Both the position numbers and the translations under genes were made by a program. The notes beneath the pieces are model-generated. The model had not been told where the DNA came from and made no database searches. It saw only the letters and a list, made by a program, of their open reading frames with translations. A stretch of DNA of 64,000 bases from an uncultured delta proteobacterium (lineage in GTDB: Bacteria > Desulfobacterota > BSN033 > UBA1163), in contig CAVPSJ010000013.1 in the NCBI GenBank assembly GCA_963708295.1, forward strand, positions 64,001 to 128,000, given 5' to 3'. Below are positions 34,011-43,844 of this stretch, piece by piece; within the stretch, counting starts at the first letter, position 1; the number at the start of each line of letters is the position of its first letter.

Positions 34011-34072
34011 GTTCGGAGTTGAGAGTTCGGAGAAGAGAATTGACTCCGAACCCCGAGCTAATGACTCCGAAC
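34008..34072. repeat. Inverted heptamer-array hairpin between argD and argG
   Basis: gagttcg-gagttga-gagttcg-gag / ctccgaa-ccccgag-ctaatga-ctccgaa-ct; overlaps the argD stop codon. Confidence 0.8.
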
Positions 34073-34100
34073 TGAATTACCTTTCAACAAAGGAGGCAAC

Positions 34101-35306
34101 ATGAAAGGCGGGGTTAAGAAGGTCGTCCTGGCTTACTCCGGGGGTTTGGACACCTCGATCATTTTGAAATGGTTGAAAAATGAGTTCGGGTGTGAGGTCA
34201 TTGCTTTTACTGCCGACGTCGGACAGGCGGAAGAGATTGATCATTTAGAAGAAAAGGCGATTGCCACGGGTGCCAGTAAAGTCTACATCGAAGATCTGAG
34301 AGAGGAGTTCGTCCGGGATTACGTTTTTACAGCGATCAAGGCGAACGCCGTGTATGAAGGAACTTATCTCCTCGGCACGTCGATCGCCCGGCCTTTGATT
34401 GCCAAAAGGCAAGTGGAGATCGCCCAGTTAGAGGGGGCCGATGCGGTGTCCCATGGGTCCACGGGGAAGGGGAATGACCAAGTCCGGTTTGAATTGACAT
34501 ACTATGCCCTGAATCCTTACATCCGGGTGATCTCTCCCTGGAGGGAGTGGCAATATAAGTCGAGAGAGGATTTAATCGCCTATGCCCGAGAGAACGGGAT
34601 CCCCGTTCCTGTGACAAAGGAGAAACCCTATTCGTCCGACCGAAATCTCCTGCACATCAGCTTTGAAGGAGGGATTCTGGAGGACCCCTGGTCCGAACCC
34701 TCAGAGGATATGTTTATCCTCTCCGTTTCTCCGGAAAAGGCCCCGGACCGTCCCACCTATATTGAAATTGATTTCAAGAACGGGGTTCCGGAACGGATTG
34801 ACGGCAAGGCCCTTTCTCCGGCGGCCCTCCTGTCCCGTTTGAATGAACTGGGAGGTCGAAACGGAATCGGCCGGGTGGATATGGTGGAGAACCGCTATGT
34901 TGGAATGAAATCAAGAGGAGTCTATGAGACTCCGGGGGGGACTATCCTTCACGTCGCCCACCGAGCGATCGAATCGATCACGATGGACAGAGAGGTCATG
35001 CATCTCCGAGATAGCTGGATTCCGAAGATAGCGGAGATGATCTATTATGGGTACTGGTTTTCACCCGAGATGGAGATTTTGAAGAATGCAATCGATGAAA
35101 CGCAGAGGGACGTGACCGGGACGGTTCGCCTGAAGCTCTACAAAGGGAACTGTACGGTGGTCGGGAGGAAGTCTGAAAAATCGCTCTATCATGGGGCCTT
35201 TGCCACCTTTGAAAAAGATACCGTTTATAATCAGAAGGATGCCGAGGGATTTATCCGGCTTAATGCCTTAAGACTTCGAATCCGAAGGATGATGAGAGAT
35301 AAGTAA
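34101..35306 (+). CDS. argG: Argininosuccinate synthase
   Basis: [35 protein letters not shown]. Confidence 0.97.
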   Translation: MKGGVKKVVLAYSGGLDTSIILKWLKNEFGCEVIAFTADVGQAEEIDHLEEKAIATGASKVYIEDLREEFVRDYVFTAIKANAVYEGTYLLGTSIARPLIAKRQVEIAQLEGADAVSHGSTGKGNDQVRFELTYYALNPYIRVISPWREWQYKSREDLIAYARENGIPVPVTKEKPYSSDRNLLHISFEGGILEDPWSEPSEDMFILSVSPEKAPDRPTYIEIDFKNGVPERIDGKALSPAALLSRLNELGGRNGIGRVDMVENRYVGMKSRGVYETPGGTILHVAHRAIESITMDREVMHLRDSWIPKIAEMIYYGYWFSPEMEILKNAIDETQRDVTGTVRLKLYKGNCTVVGRKSEKSLYHGAFATFEKDTVYNQKDAEGFIRLNALRLRIRRMMRDK

Positions 35307-35402
35307 GTTCGGAGTTGGGAGTAAAGAATAAGAAATGATCATTAGGAGATGAGAACTGGGAAGGTAGAGTTTCTCCGAGCTAAGACCGCCGAGTTTTGAG
35401 CT
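35305..35402. repeat. Degenerate heptamer-array hairpin between argG and leuS
   Basis: aagttcg-gagttgg-gagtaaa / ctccgag-ctaagac-cgccgag-ttttgag-ct. Confidence 0.55.
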
Positions 35403-35426
35403 TCAAATTTAAGAAAGAGGAAAGGT

Positions 35427-38024
35427 ATGAAGGAACGTTATCAACCCAAAGAGATTGAAGAAAAGTGGCAAAAGATCTGGGAGAGCCAGAATCTCTTCAA
35501 AGTGACGGAAGATCCGAAAAAAGAAAAGTACTACCTACTTGAGATGTTTCCCTATCCCTCTGGCAAAATCCACATGGGCCATGTTCGTAATTATTCCATC
35601 GGCGATGTGGTCGCCCGGTATAAGAAGATGAAGGGTTTTAATGTCCTTCACCCGATGGGATGGGATGCCTTTGGCATGCCCGCTGAAAACGCGGCCATTG
35701 AACGCGGCGTTCATCCTGCAAAATGGACGTATGAAAATATCGATACCATGCGGAAACAGTTGAAGCGGATGGGCTTCAGCTATGATTGGGAACGGGAATT
35801 TGCCACTTGCGATGTTTCCTACTACAAGTGGGAACAACTCTTTTTCCTAAAGATGTTCGAAAAAGGTTTGGCTTACAAGAGGAGGTCCTTTGTCAATTGG
35901 TGCGAGATCTGCCAGACCGTTTTAGCCAATGAGCAGGTGATGAGCGACGGGACCTGCTGGCGCGGCCATGCCGATGATCCGGGTGTCACACAGAAAGAAT
36001 TGGATCAATGGTTCTTCAAAATCACAGGATACGCAGAAGAACTTCTGGCGGGGTGCGATCAACTGAGCGGATGGCCCGAACGGGTTCTGACCATGCAGCG
36101 CAACTGGATTGGAAAGTCGATCGGCGCTGAGATTCATTTTCCTTTGATGAATTCGAAAGAATTCATCAAGATTTTCACCACGCGGCAGGATACTGTTTTT
36201 GGCGCAACCTTCATGAGCCTGGCACCCGAACATCCCCTCGCGCTGAGCCTGTCAAAGGGGACTCCACAGGAGCAGGCCGTGGGAGAATTCGTCGAGCGGA
36301 TGCGACGGCAGGATAAAATAAAGAGAACGGCTGAGACGACGGAGAAAGAGGGTGTTTTTACGGGGGCTTATTGCCTGAATCCTATGACCAAAGCCAGAAT
36401 GCCCATCTTCGTTGCCAATTTTGTCTTGATGGAATATGGGACAGGGGCGGTGATGGCGGTGCCAACCCACGACCAGAGGGACTTTGAGTTTGCAAAAAAA
36501 TTTGGACTGTCCTTGATCGTTGTGGTTCAACCGGAGGATCGGAAATTAGATGCGGATAAGATGACGGAAGCCTATGAAGGAGAGGGTTCGCTGGTCAACT
36601 CCGGCCAATTCAATGGCGTGTACAGTGTCAAAGCAAGGGAGATGATCGCCCAGTATCTTGACGAAAAGGGGCTGGGCGGGAAAAGAATCACTTACCGGTT
36701 GAGGGATTGGGGGATATCGAGACAGCGATATTGGGGAGCACCCATTCCCATTATTTACTGCAACCGATGCGGAACCGTGCCCGTTCCTGAAAAAGACCTT
36801 CCGGTCGTCCTCCCTTTCAATGTGGAGATCACGGGGTTGGGCAAGTCGCCTCTTTCCGGGTTAAAAGAGTTTGTGGAGGCCCGATGTCCTCAATGTGGTG
36901 AACCCGGGAAAAGAGAGACAGACACCATGGACACCTTCGTCGAATCCTCATGGTATTTTGATCGGTTTGCATGCCCCGACTACGACAAAGGTCCTTTGGA
37001 CAAGAAGCGGGTGGATTACTGGATGCCTGTGGATCAATACATCGGGGGGATTGAGCATGCGATCCTTCATCTCCTCTATTCCCGATTTTTTACTCGAGTT
37101 TTAAGGGAGATGGGATGGGTCGGCGTGGATGAACCCTTCACAAACCTTCTGACCCAAGGGATGGTTTGCAAGGAGGTCTACGAATGCCCGAAGGACGGCT
37201 ACCTCTATCCGGAAGAGGTGGAAGAGCCGGGCGAGACGATTCGCTGCCGGAAGTGCGGCAGTCCGGTTTCTATCGGAAGGATCGAGAAGATGTCCAAGTC
37301 GAAGAAGAACGTGGTGGACCCCGAATACTTGATCGAGAAATACGGCGCGGATACGGCCAGAATGTTTTGCCTCTTCGCCTCCCCGCCGGAGAAGGATCTG
37401 GATTGGAGCGACCAAGGGGTGGAGGGATCCGCCCGTTTCCTCAATCGGGTGTGGAGGCTCTTCGACGAGCAACATCTTCGCCTTCAAAAGGTAAGACCCT
37501 TTCCTTTCGGAGCAGCCCTTGAAGGAGAGCATAAGTCTTTGCGACAAAGGATCCACAAGACGATCAAAAAGGTGACCGAAGATATAGAGCGATTCCATTT
37601 CAACACCGCCATCAGTGCCGTCATGGAATTGGTGAACGAGGTCTATGTCTCAGAGGTGAAAGACCGGACGGACGAGATTTCGGAGAGGGTGATACGCGAG
37701 TCGCTTGAGGCAGTGGTCGTTTTACTGTCTCCCTTTGTTCCTCACTTTGCAGAAGAACTCTGGGAGGCTTTAGGGAACCGGGAATCGATCATCAAAACCC
37801 GATGGCCCGAATACGACCCGGAAGGGGTCTTGGAAGAGGAAATATTGATCGTCATTCAGGTCAACGGGAAATTGAGGGATCGGATGACCATCCCTGTGTC
37901 GTACGGAGAGGAGGAAGTAAAAGCCTGGGCATTGAAGAGTGAGAGAATTCGGAAATTGGTTGAAGGCAAGGAGATCAAACGGGTGATCCTCGTACCCAAG
38001 AAACTCGTCAATATCGTGTGTTGA
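35427..38024 (+). CDS. leuS: Leucine--tRNA ligase
   Basis: [13 protein letters not shown] (HIGH-type), [29 protein letters not shown]. Confidence 0.98.
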   Translation: MKERYQPKEIEEKWQKIWESQNLFKVTEDPKKEKYYLLEMFPYPSGKIHMGHVRNYSIGDVVARYKKMKGFNVLHPMGWDAFGMPAENAAIERGVHPAKWTYENIDTMRKQLKRMGFSYDWEREFATCDVSYYKWEQLFFLKMFEKGLAYKRRSFVNWCEICQTVLANEQVMSDGTCWRGHADDPGVTQKELDQWFFKITGYAEELLAGCDQLSGWPERVLTMQRNWIGKSIGAEIHFPLMNSKEFIKIFTTRQDTVFGATFMSLAPEHPLALSLSKGTPQEQAVGEFVERMRRQDKIKRTAETTEKEGVFTGAYCLNPMTKARMPIFVANFVLMEYGTGAVMAVPTHDQRDFEFAKKFGLSLIVVVQPEDRKLDADKMTEAYEGEGSLVNSGQFNGVYSVKAREMIAQYLDEKGLGGKRITYRLRDWGISRQRYWGAPIPIIYCNRCGTVPVPEKDLPVVLPFNVEITGLGKSPLSGLKEFVEARCPQCGEPGKRETDTMDTFVESSWYFDRFACPDYDKGPLDKKRVDYWMPVDQYIGGIEHAILHLLYSRFFTRVLREMGWVGVDEPFTNLLTQGMVCKEVYECPKDGYLYPEEVEEPGETIRCRKCGSPVSIGRIEKMSKSKKNVVDPEYLIEKYGADTARMFCLFASPPEKDLDWSDQGVEGSARFLNRVWRLFDEQHLRLQKVRPFPFGAALEGEHKSLRQRIHKTIKKVTEDIERFHFNTAISAVMELVNEVYVSEVKDRTDEISERVIRESLEAVVVLLSPFVPHFAEELWEALGNRESIIKTRWPEYDPEGVLEEEILIVIQVNGKLRDRMTIPVSYGEEEVKAWALKSERIRKLVEGKEIKRVILVPKKLVNIVC

Positions 38025-38036
38025 TCGGAAAACAAA

Positions 38037-38315
38037 ATGCGGAATGTGGAATTCGGAATTCGGAATTTAAATTCGCAATCATCCAGCACTGATAGATTGA
38101 AAAGAAATGTCCCTTCAATGTCACTCCTGCGAAAGCGGGAGTCCAGAAGTTCAAGGGACGAGGTTCTCCACATCAAGTGCGGAGTGTACCTGGCGAAGTT
38201 TATCCCGTTGAAGAAGGGCGTAGAAATGACATCCCGGAGTCCGAGGGGGGATTTCCAGTGGCCAGCGAATCTCATTGTAAAAAGACCCCGTATTCCGCGC
38301 TCCGCATTCCGAAAT
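38037..38315. repeat. Inverted heptamer-array element with nested REP-like palindrome
   Basis: atgcgga-atgtgga-attcgga-attcgga / accccgt-attccgc-gctccgc-attccga; interior tgtcactcctgcgaaagcgggagtccag...gaaatgaca. Confidence 0.8.
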
Positions 38316-38819
38316 TACGCTAACGTACTATTCATCCTATGCATGCTGCTCCTCACAGCCTGTGGCTACCAGATGGTGGGGAAGGAGACACATGTCCCCC
38401 CTGGGCTGAGTTCCGTCGCCATCCCCACCTTCAAGAATCGCACCTATGAACCTGGAATCGAGGTTCCTTTTACCCAGGCCTTTTTGAGGGAGTTCATCCT
38501 GGATCGAAGAGTCAACGTCGTGGACCGGGCGCAGGCGGACTCCCTGTTGGAAGGGGTCATAAAGGATTTTAGGTTCTACTCGGTTTCCTACGACCAATCT
38601 GGCTTCGTCTTGGAATATCAAACCATTGTCGTGCTCGACGTGACTCTGAAGGACCGGGAAGGGAAGGTTCTCTGGGAGCAGAGAAATTTTTCAGAAACCC
38701 AATGGTTTCGGGCTTCTTCGGGCGTTCTGACCAACGAAGCGAACAAGGCCGCTGCGGTTCAACGGATCGGAAAGCTTGTAGCAGGACGGCTTCGAAATCG
38801 TTTCTTTTATAATTTTTGA
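38037..38819 (+). CDS. lptE: LPS assembly lipoprotein LptE with a repeat-derived in-frame insertion at the N-terminus
   Basis: Lipobox LLTAC-GY, VAIPTFKNRTYEPGIE; position directly after leuS; residues 4-93 translate the repeat element. Confidence 0.85.
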   Translation: MRNVEFGIRNLNSQSSSTDRLKRNVPSMSLLRKRESRSSRDEVLHIKCGVYLAKFIPLKKGVEMTSRSPRGDFQWPANLIVKRPRIPRSAFRNYANVLFILCMLLLTACGYQMVGKETHVPPGLSSVAIPTFKNRTYEPGIEVPFTQAFLREFILDRRVNVVDRAQADSLLEGVIKDFRFYSVSYDQSGFVLEYQTIVVLDVTLKDREGKVLWEQRNFSETQWFRASSGVLTNEANKAAAVQRIGKLVAGRLRNRFFYNF

Positions 38820-39030
38820 CCGGAGAGTGCCCCCCGGTCAAAACAGTATACCATAGGGTAAGGGGCACCGTTAAGAGGGTATTTCCTCTCCATGAGACCC
38901 CGGCGTGCCTGCCCCGTGCTGATGGGGTGACCGTGGAGCTTCACAAAATAAAACGTTTTCCTCCGCCCCTGCCTGCAGCAGGCAGGCCCGCCTTCCCTTG
39001 GAGGGAAGCAAAGGAGGAGGAAGGGAAAAT
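38817..39030. repeat. Cluster of palindromic elements upstream of efp
   Basis: Copy 2 of tgaccgg..gtgcccc...aaggggcac (38817-38868); cctgcctgcagcaggcagg and cttccct/agggaag stems inside a C-rich/G-rich hairpin. Confidence 0.6.
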
Positions 39031-39035
39031 CATCT

Positions 39036-39599
39036 ATGTACTCCGCTTCAGATTTAAGAAAGGGATTGAAAGTCATCATTGATGGGGAACCCTACGTGGT
39101 GACGGTATTTGATTTTTCGAAGCCCGGAAAGGGTCAAGCCCTCTATCGGACGAAACTGAAGAATATGATCACGGGCCTGAGCATTGATCGAACGTATCGT
39201 GAGGGAGAAACCTTCGAACCCGCTTCTCTTGAAGAACGAGCCATGCAGTTTCTTTACAGGGAGGGCGAGCACTTTCACTTCATGGATAACGAAACCTACG
39301 AACAGATCATCGTCAGCGAGGAATCACTGGAGGATGCCAAGAATTTTCTTATTGACAATTTAAATGTGAAAGTCCTGTTATTCGGAGACAGAGCGATCGG
39401 CGTCGAGCTGCCGAACTTCGTCAATCTCAGGGTGGTGAAGACGGATCCCTGGATGAGAGGGGATACCTCGAAGGCGGATTTTAAGCCGGCTACGTTGGAA
39501 ACCGGCTATGAACTTCGCGTCCCTCCGTTTATCGAAGAAGGTGAACTGATCACTATTGATACCCGAACCGGTGAATTTTCGAAAAGAGTCAAGGAATAA
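39036..39599 (+). CDS. efp: Elongation factor P
   Basis: KPGKGQA loop, KPATLETG, VPPFIEEGE, IDTRTGE. Confidence 0.97.
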   Translation: MYSASDLRKGLKVIIDGEPYVVTVFDFSKPGKGQALYRTKLKNMITGLSIDRTYREGETFEPASLEERAMQFLYREGEHFHFMDNETYEQIIVSEESLEDAKNFLIDNLNVKVLLFGDRAIGVELPNFVNLRVVKTDPWMRGDTSKADFKPATLETGYELRVPPFIEEGELITIDTRTGEFSKRVKE

Positions 39600-39625
39600 T
39601 TAAACCCTGTTCGAATTGTTCAAAA

Positions 39626-39651
39626 TGGAATCCCGCTGTAGCGGGATTCCA
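39626..39651. repeat. Perfect hairpin downstream of efp
   Basis: tggaatcccgc-tgta-gcgggattcca; no U-tract, so REP-like or stabilising stem rather than a clear terminator. Confidence 0.6.
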
Positions 39652-39700
39652 AGAAGTTATTTCTGGCGGGTAAACGGCGGTTGGGAGCATATTTCGCGGA

Positions 39701-40657
39701 ATGGGCGGGTCGAACCTGGGGCAGGGACACAGACACGATAGTCCTCCGATCCTGGCAAGACGTAAAAAGGCTCTTGAACAAAGGGCACACATCCTGCAGG
39801 GGATCAGGCAGTTCTTTGTTAAAAGAGGTTACCTGGAAGTAGAGACTCCGCACCGAATACCGACCCCCGCACCCGAATCTCATATTGATGCGGTTCCCTC
39901 CCTGACGTGGTTCCTTCATACCTCTCCAGAACTTTGCATGAAGCGAATGATGGCGGCGGGATATGACAAGATTTTTCAAATCTGCCGGTGCTGGAGAGAA
40001 CGGGAGCGAGGGAGTCTGCACCTTCCGGAGTTTACCCTTGTAGAATGGTACAGGGCAGGGGGGGATTACCGCTCGTTGATGGATGAATGTGAAGAGATGA
40101 TCTGCTTTATGGCTCAGGTTACCGGCATGGGGAGGACCCTTCATTTCCGGGACGGTGAGATCGACCTATCACCTCCATGGGATCGGATTTCTGTCTTTGA
40201 AGCGTTTCAGCATGATGCTCGCGCGACGTTAGCCGAGGCACTGGAGAAAGATCTTTTTGATGAAATCATGGTTCAGGAGATTGAGCCGAAATTGGGTCTG
40301 AGAAAACCGACGTTTCTGTATGATTACCCCGCGGAACGCGGAGCGCTGGCCCGGTTGAAGAATGAAGATCCGGCGGTTGCTGAACGTTTTGAGCTCTATA
40401 TGGGGGGGGTGGAATTGGCCAACGGCTTCTCGGAATTGGTTGATTCTGAAGAGCAGCGAAGACGCTTCACCGTAGAAAACGAAAACCGTCAAGCCCGCGG
40501 CAAACCCATCTATTCCATGCCCGATCGATTTTTGGCCGAATTGCAGGGTATGCCTCCGGCGGCCGGCATCGCGTTAGGCGTGGACCGGCTGGTGATGGTT
40601 TTTTCGGATGCCAGGACCATTGATGAGGTAGTGGCGTTTACGCCTGAGGAACTTTAG
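39701..40657 (+). CDS. epmA: EF-P lysine aminoacylase (GenX/PoxA)
   Basis: LysRS catalytic-domain paralog lacking the anticodon domain: LHTSPELCMKR, HLPEFTLVEWY, AERFELY, ELANGFSEL, GIALGVDRL; adjacent to efp. Confidence 0.93.
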   Translation: MGGSNLGQGHRHDSPPILARRKKALEQRAHILQGIRQFFVKRGYLEVETPHRIPTPAPESHIDAVPSLTWFLHTSPELCMKRMMAAGYDKIFQICRCWRERERGSLHLPEFTLVEWYRAGGDYRSLMDECEEMICFMAQVTGMGRTLHFRDGEIDLSPPWDRISVFEAFQHDARATLAEALEKDLFDEIMVQEIEPKLGLRKPTFLYDYPAERGALARLKNEDPAVAERFELYMGGVELANGFSELVDSEEQRRRFTVENENRQARGKPIYSMPDRFLAELQGMPPAAGIALGVDRLVMVFSDARTIDEVVAFTPEEL

Positions 40658-40860
40658 TGGGCTGCTGAAAAACCCCATCTGCGGTGTGGCCCCTGCCTAT
40701 TGGTTGACAGGCAGGTCCTTCGTCATTGCGGCGTACGTACAAGTACGCCTCAGGCCGACTCACCAACTCGTCGGCGTGGCAAGAAGTCGCTCCTTATTCG
40801 TCGCGACGCCACTCTCAGGATCTCGGGCGCCTTGCATCTGGGCATTTTTTAGCAGCCCGC
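40657..40860. mobile_element. MITE-like element with terminal inverted repeats
   Basis: gtgggctgctgaaaaa ... ttttttagcagcccgc; internal ggcgtac/gtacgcc, gccgac/gtcggc and a nested cctgcct...aggcagg; no convincing coding capacity. Confidence 0.65.
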
Positions 40861-40927
40861 GTAAGATGATTTTTTCAGCAAACCACAGGAAACTGCACCC
40901 TCACTGTTAGGGAGAGCAAGAGGGTTT

Positions 40928-42100
40928 ATGTCTTTTTGGACAGAAAAAAGTAAAATTGTCGTTACCTGCGCGAAAGGCGTGACGCCTTTCTTAAAACAGG
41001 AGGTCCTTTCCTTAGGATTCTCAGTCCTCTCGGAGGGAAGGGCGGAGGTTGAGACAGAGGGGACGATGACGGACACGCTGAGGCTCAACCTGTCGATTCG
41101 AACGGGGCAGCGGGTTCTTTTCCTAGTTGATTCTTTCAATGTGAAGACTCCGGACGAACTATACCGAAGGATCTCGCGAATCAAATGGGAAGATTATATT
41201 CCAGAGGAGAGCTATTTCTCTGTGACATCTTCCGTCCATAATCCGACCATCAAAGATTCAAGATATCCGAATGTGAAATGCAAGGATGCGGTGGTGGACA
41301 GGATTAAAGATAAGCGGGGACGCAGGCCGGATACCGGTCCGGAAAGAGACAGGGCCGTAATTCATCTTTACTGGAGGGGAAATCTCGGCCAGGTATATCT
41401 GGATACCTCCGGGGAACCCCTTTCGAAGCGCGGATATCGAATGATTCCTCTGAAGGCACCGATGCAGGAGACCCTTGCAGCGGCAGTGGTTTTGGCAACC
41501 GGCTGGACGGGAAGCGGGAATTTTATCAATCCGATGTGCGGGAGCGGGACGCTTGCCATAGAGGCAGCATTGATCGGTCTCGGCAGGGCTCCGGGTTTAT
41601 TAAGAAGCAATTTTGGTTTCATGCATCTGAAAGGTTTTGACGAATCCTCCTGGAAAGCCCTTCGAAGGAAGGCAAGGGCAGAGGCCAAGGATAGGCTAGA
41701 CGGAAGAATGATTGCTACGGATATCAGCCAGCAGGCGGTTGAGGCGGCCAAGAAGAATGCCATGACAGCAGGGGTCGAACGATTCGTCGAGTTTGGTGTT
41801 TGTGATTTTTCGGAAACCCCCGTCCCGGATCAAGGAGGAGTGGTCGTCCTGAATCCCGAATACGGAGACCGGATGGGTGAAATCGGAGGGCTGGCAGGGA
41901 CCTACCGGGGGATTGGGGATTTTCTCAAAAAGAAATGTCATGACTATCGGGGGTATGTATTTACCGGTAATCTCGACCTGGCCAAAAAAGTGGGGTTGAG
42001 GACAAAAAGAAGAATTCTTTTTTACAACGGCCCCATTGAGTGTCGACTGTTGGAGTACGATTTGTATGAAGGGAGTCGAAAAGGAGTATTGCAAACTTAG
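40928..42100 (+). CDS. THUMP-domain RNA methyltransferase (RlmL/UPF0020-like)
   Basis: LDTSGEPLSKRGYR, APMQETLAAA, NPMCGSGTLAIEAA, LNPEYG. Confidence 0.88.
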   Translation: MSFWTEKSKIVVTCAKGVTPFLKQEVLSLGFSVLSEGRAEVETEGTMTDTLRLNLSIRTGQRVLFLVDSFNVKTPDELYRRISRIKWEDYIPEESYFSVTSSVHNPTIKDSRYPNVKCKDAVVDRIKDKRGRRPDTGPERDRAVIHLYWRGNLGQVYLDTSGEPLSKRGYRMIPLKAPMQETLAAAVVLATGWTGSGNFINPMCGSGTLAIEAALIGLGRAPGLLRSNFGFMHLKGFDESSWKALRRKARAEAKDRLDGRMIATDISQQAVEAAKKNAMTAGVERFVEFGVCDFSETPVPDQGGVVVLNPEYGDRMGEIGGLAGTYRGIGDFLKKKCHDYRGYVFTGNLDLAKKVGLRTKRRILFYNGPIECRLLEYDLYEGSRKGVLQT

Positions 42101-42236
42101 CATTGCAAAGTTAGCATTGTGCCTGAACCCGAACACTGTCTGGGAGTTTCTGGTTTCCTGCCTTCTCAGGAATGACACCGTAAGAAATGAATGATTTCAA
42201 TTTAAAGTGCTAAATGCTAATTCTCCAATTTGCAGT
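42088..42236. repeat. Inverted heptamer-array hairpin upstream of holA
   Basis: attgcaa-acttagc-attgcaa-agttagc / gtgctaa-atgctaa-ttctcca-atttgca; left arm supplies the upstream stop; half-REP ...caggaatgac inside. Confidence 0.7.
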
Positions 42237-42251
42237 GGTTTTTGAGGGAAG

Positions 42252-43298
42252 ATGAAGGTTCGGTCGGATATCTATCCTGTCTATTTTCTTTACGGGCCTG
42301 AAGATTACCTCATTGAAGAGGAGATCCAGAAGCTGTTGAACCAGACTCTTTCCCTAAAGGAGAGAGGATTAAACTTCCACCTCTTCGGCGGAGAAGAACA
42401 CAGCGACCAGGAGATCGTCCAGGCCGCTCAAACGCTGCCGATGTTTTCTCAACACCGGTTTGTTCTCGTCCGGGAAGCGGATCGTATGGAAGAGGAGAAA
42501 GTGGAAGGGTTGACGGAATATATCACCAACCCCTCCCCGAGTACCTGTCTCGTCCTTTATGGTCAAACAATGGGCTCCTGGAAGAAACACAGGAAAGAGA
42601 TCGAAAAGGTAGGGAAAGTGGAGGAATACTCCCGGTTGAAAGGTAGAGCATTAGTTTCCTGGATGAAGAATCGGATGAAGGAAAAGGGAAAGGCCCTTTC
42701 GGATGAGCCTGCGGACTATTTGGCCGAGGTCGTGGGGGACCATCTCTACGATCTCGACAATGTTCTGGAAAAAGTTTTTTTGAGTGTTGGGGAGAAAGGA
42801 ACGGTCGGGCTTTCCGATTTAGAAGAGATGACTTCAGAGGTCAAAGTCAGCACAGTCTTCGATTTAACAGATGCGATCGGTCGCCAAAATCTGGACAAAG
42901 CCCTCGAAATCTTGGGAAGAACCATGGAGTCAAAGGCCGTCGTGTTCAGGAAAGAAGAACAAGGGTCGAAGTCTGGTGACCCGACCCCTGTCCTCTTGAG
43001 CATGATGGCGAAGCAATACTGGAGTATGTTGACCGTCAAAGAGATGAGTTCTCACCATAAGGATACGGGGGAGATAGCTAAAGAACTGGGAACGCCACCG
43101 TGGACTATAAAGAAATTGATGGATCAGGGGAAGAATTTTTCTGAGGCTTCACTCCGGGAAGGAATTTTAAAGTGTCATCAAACCGATTTAGCCGTCAAGA
43201 GGAGCCAGGGCCCCAAGGACCTTCTGATGGAGAAATTGGTGATCGACCTTTGCCGGCCGGAAGCCCCTAAAAATCCGCTGCCACTCGGGCAAAGGTGA
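42252..43298 (+). CDS. holA: DNA polymerase III delta subunit
   Basis: PVYFLYGPEDYL, QTLPMFSQHRFVLV, VFDLTDAI, TDLAVK; convergent with rpsT. Confidence 0.9.
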   Translation: MKVRSDIYPVYFLYGPEDYLIEEEIQKLLNQTLSLKERGLNFHLFGGEEHSDQEIVQAAQTLPMFSQHRFVLVREADRMEEEKVEGLTEYITNPSPSTCLVLYGQTMGSWKKHRKEIEKVGKVEEYSRLKGRALVSWMKNRMKEKGKALSDEPADYLAEVVGDHLYDLDNVLEKVFLSVGEKGTVGLSDLEEMTSEVKVSTVFDLTDAIGRQNLDKALEILGRTMESKAVVFRKEEQGSKSGDPTPVLLSMMAKQYWSMLTVKEMSSHHKDTGEIAKELGTPPWTIKKLMDQGKNFSEASLREGILKCHQTDLAVKRSQGPKDLLMEKLVIDLCRPEAPKNPLPLGQR

Positions 43299-43333
43299 CC
43301 GATGACAGGGGGACGTATACTCTCGACAAGAAG

Positions 43334-43609
43334 TTACTTGGAAACGACCGTGAGAGCATTCACCTCCCGGGTCAGCCGAGAGATTTTTCTGGCAGAGGCA
43401 TTCTTATGAAGAACACTCTTCGATCGAGCCTTCTGGATGAGGGGGATTGCGGTGAGCAAGGCCTTTTTGGCCCCTTCCACATCCTTCCCCTCAATGGCTA
43501 CTCTTACTTTTTTTACCGAGGACTTCACTGTAGATCTGATTTGGAGATTCCGAAGTCTCCTTTTTTCATTCTGCCTTGCCCGTTTAATGGCCGATAAATG
43601 AGTCGCCAA
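43334..43609 (-). CDS. rpsT: 30S ribosomal protein S20
   Basis: SAIKRARQNEKRRLRN, LHKNASARKISRL; TTG start. Confidence 0.96.
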   Translation of the reverse strand: MATHLSAIKRARQNEKRRLRNLQIRSTVKSSVKKVRVAIEGKDVEGAKKALLTAIPLIQKARSKSVLHKNASARKISRLTREVNALTVVSK

Positions 43610-43775
43610 AATTAAGCCTCCTTCTCTTAATAAATCAAGGAAATCAGTAACATCGAGGGATTGTGAATCTCAAAAATCCTAAATTCCCAAGTCATTCGAC
43701 CTGCCATTGATCTTATTGATTTTTTTAACATTCTAGGATAGCGTGTGTCAAGGCCTTTTGAAATAACAAATTACA

Positions 43776-43840
43776 CGAATGATAACGAATTTGCCGAATT
43801 TGGGTTTATTCGCTGCATTCGCTGCACTTCGCCTTATTCG
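43776..43840. repeat. Inverted roughly 9-mer array hairpin in the murJ leader
   Basis: cgaatgataa-cgaatttgc-cgaat / attcgctgc-attcgctgc-acttcgcctt-attcg; ends 4 nt before the murJ ATG. Confidence 0.65.
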
Positions 43841-43844
43841 AAGT

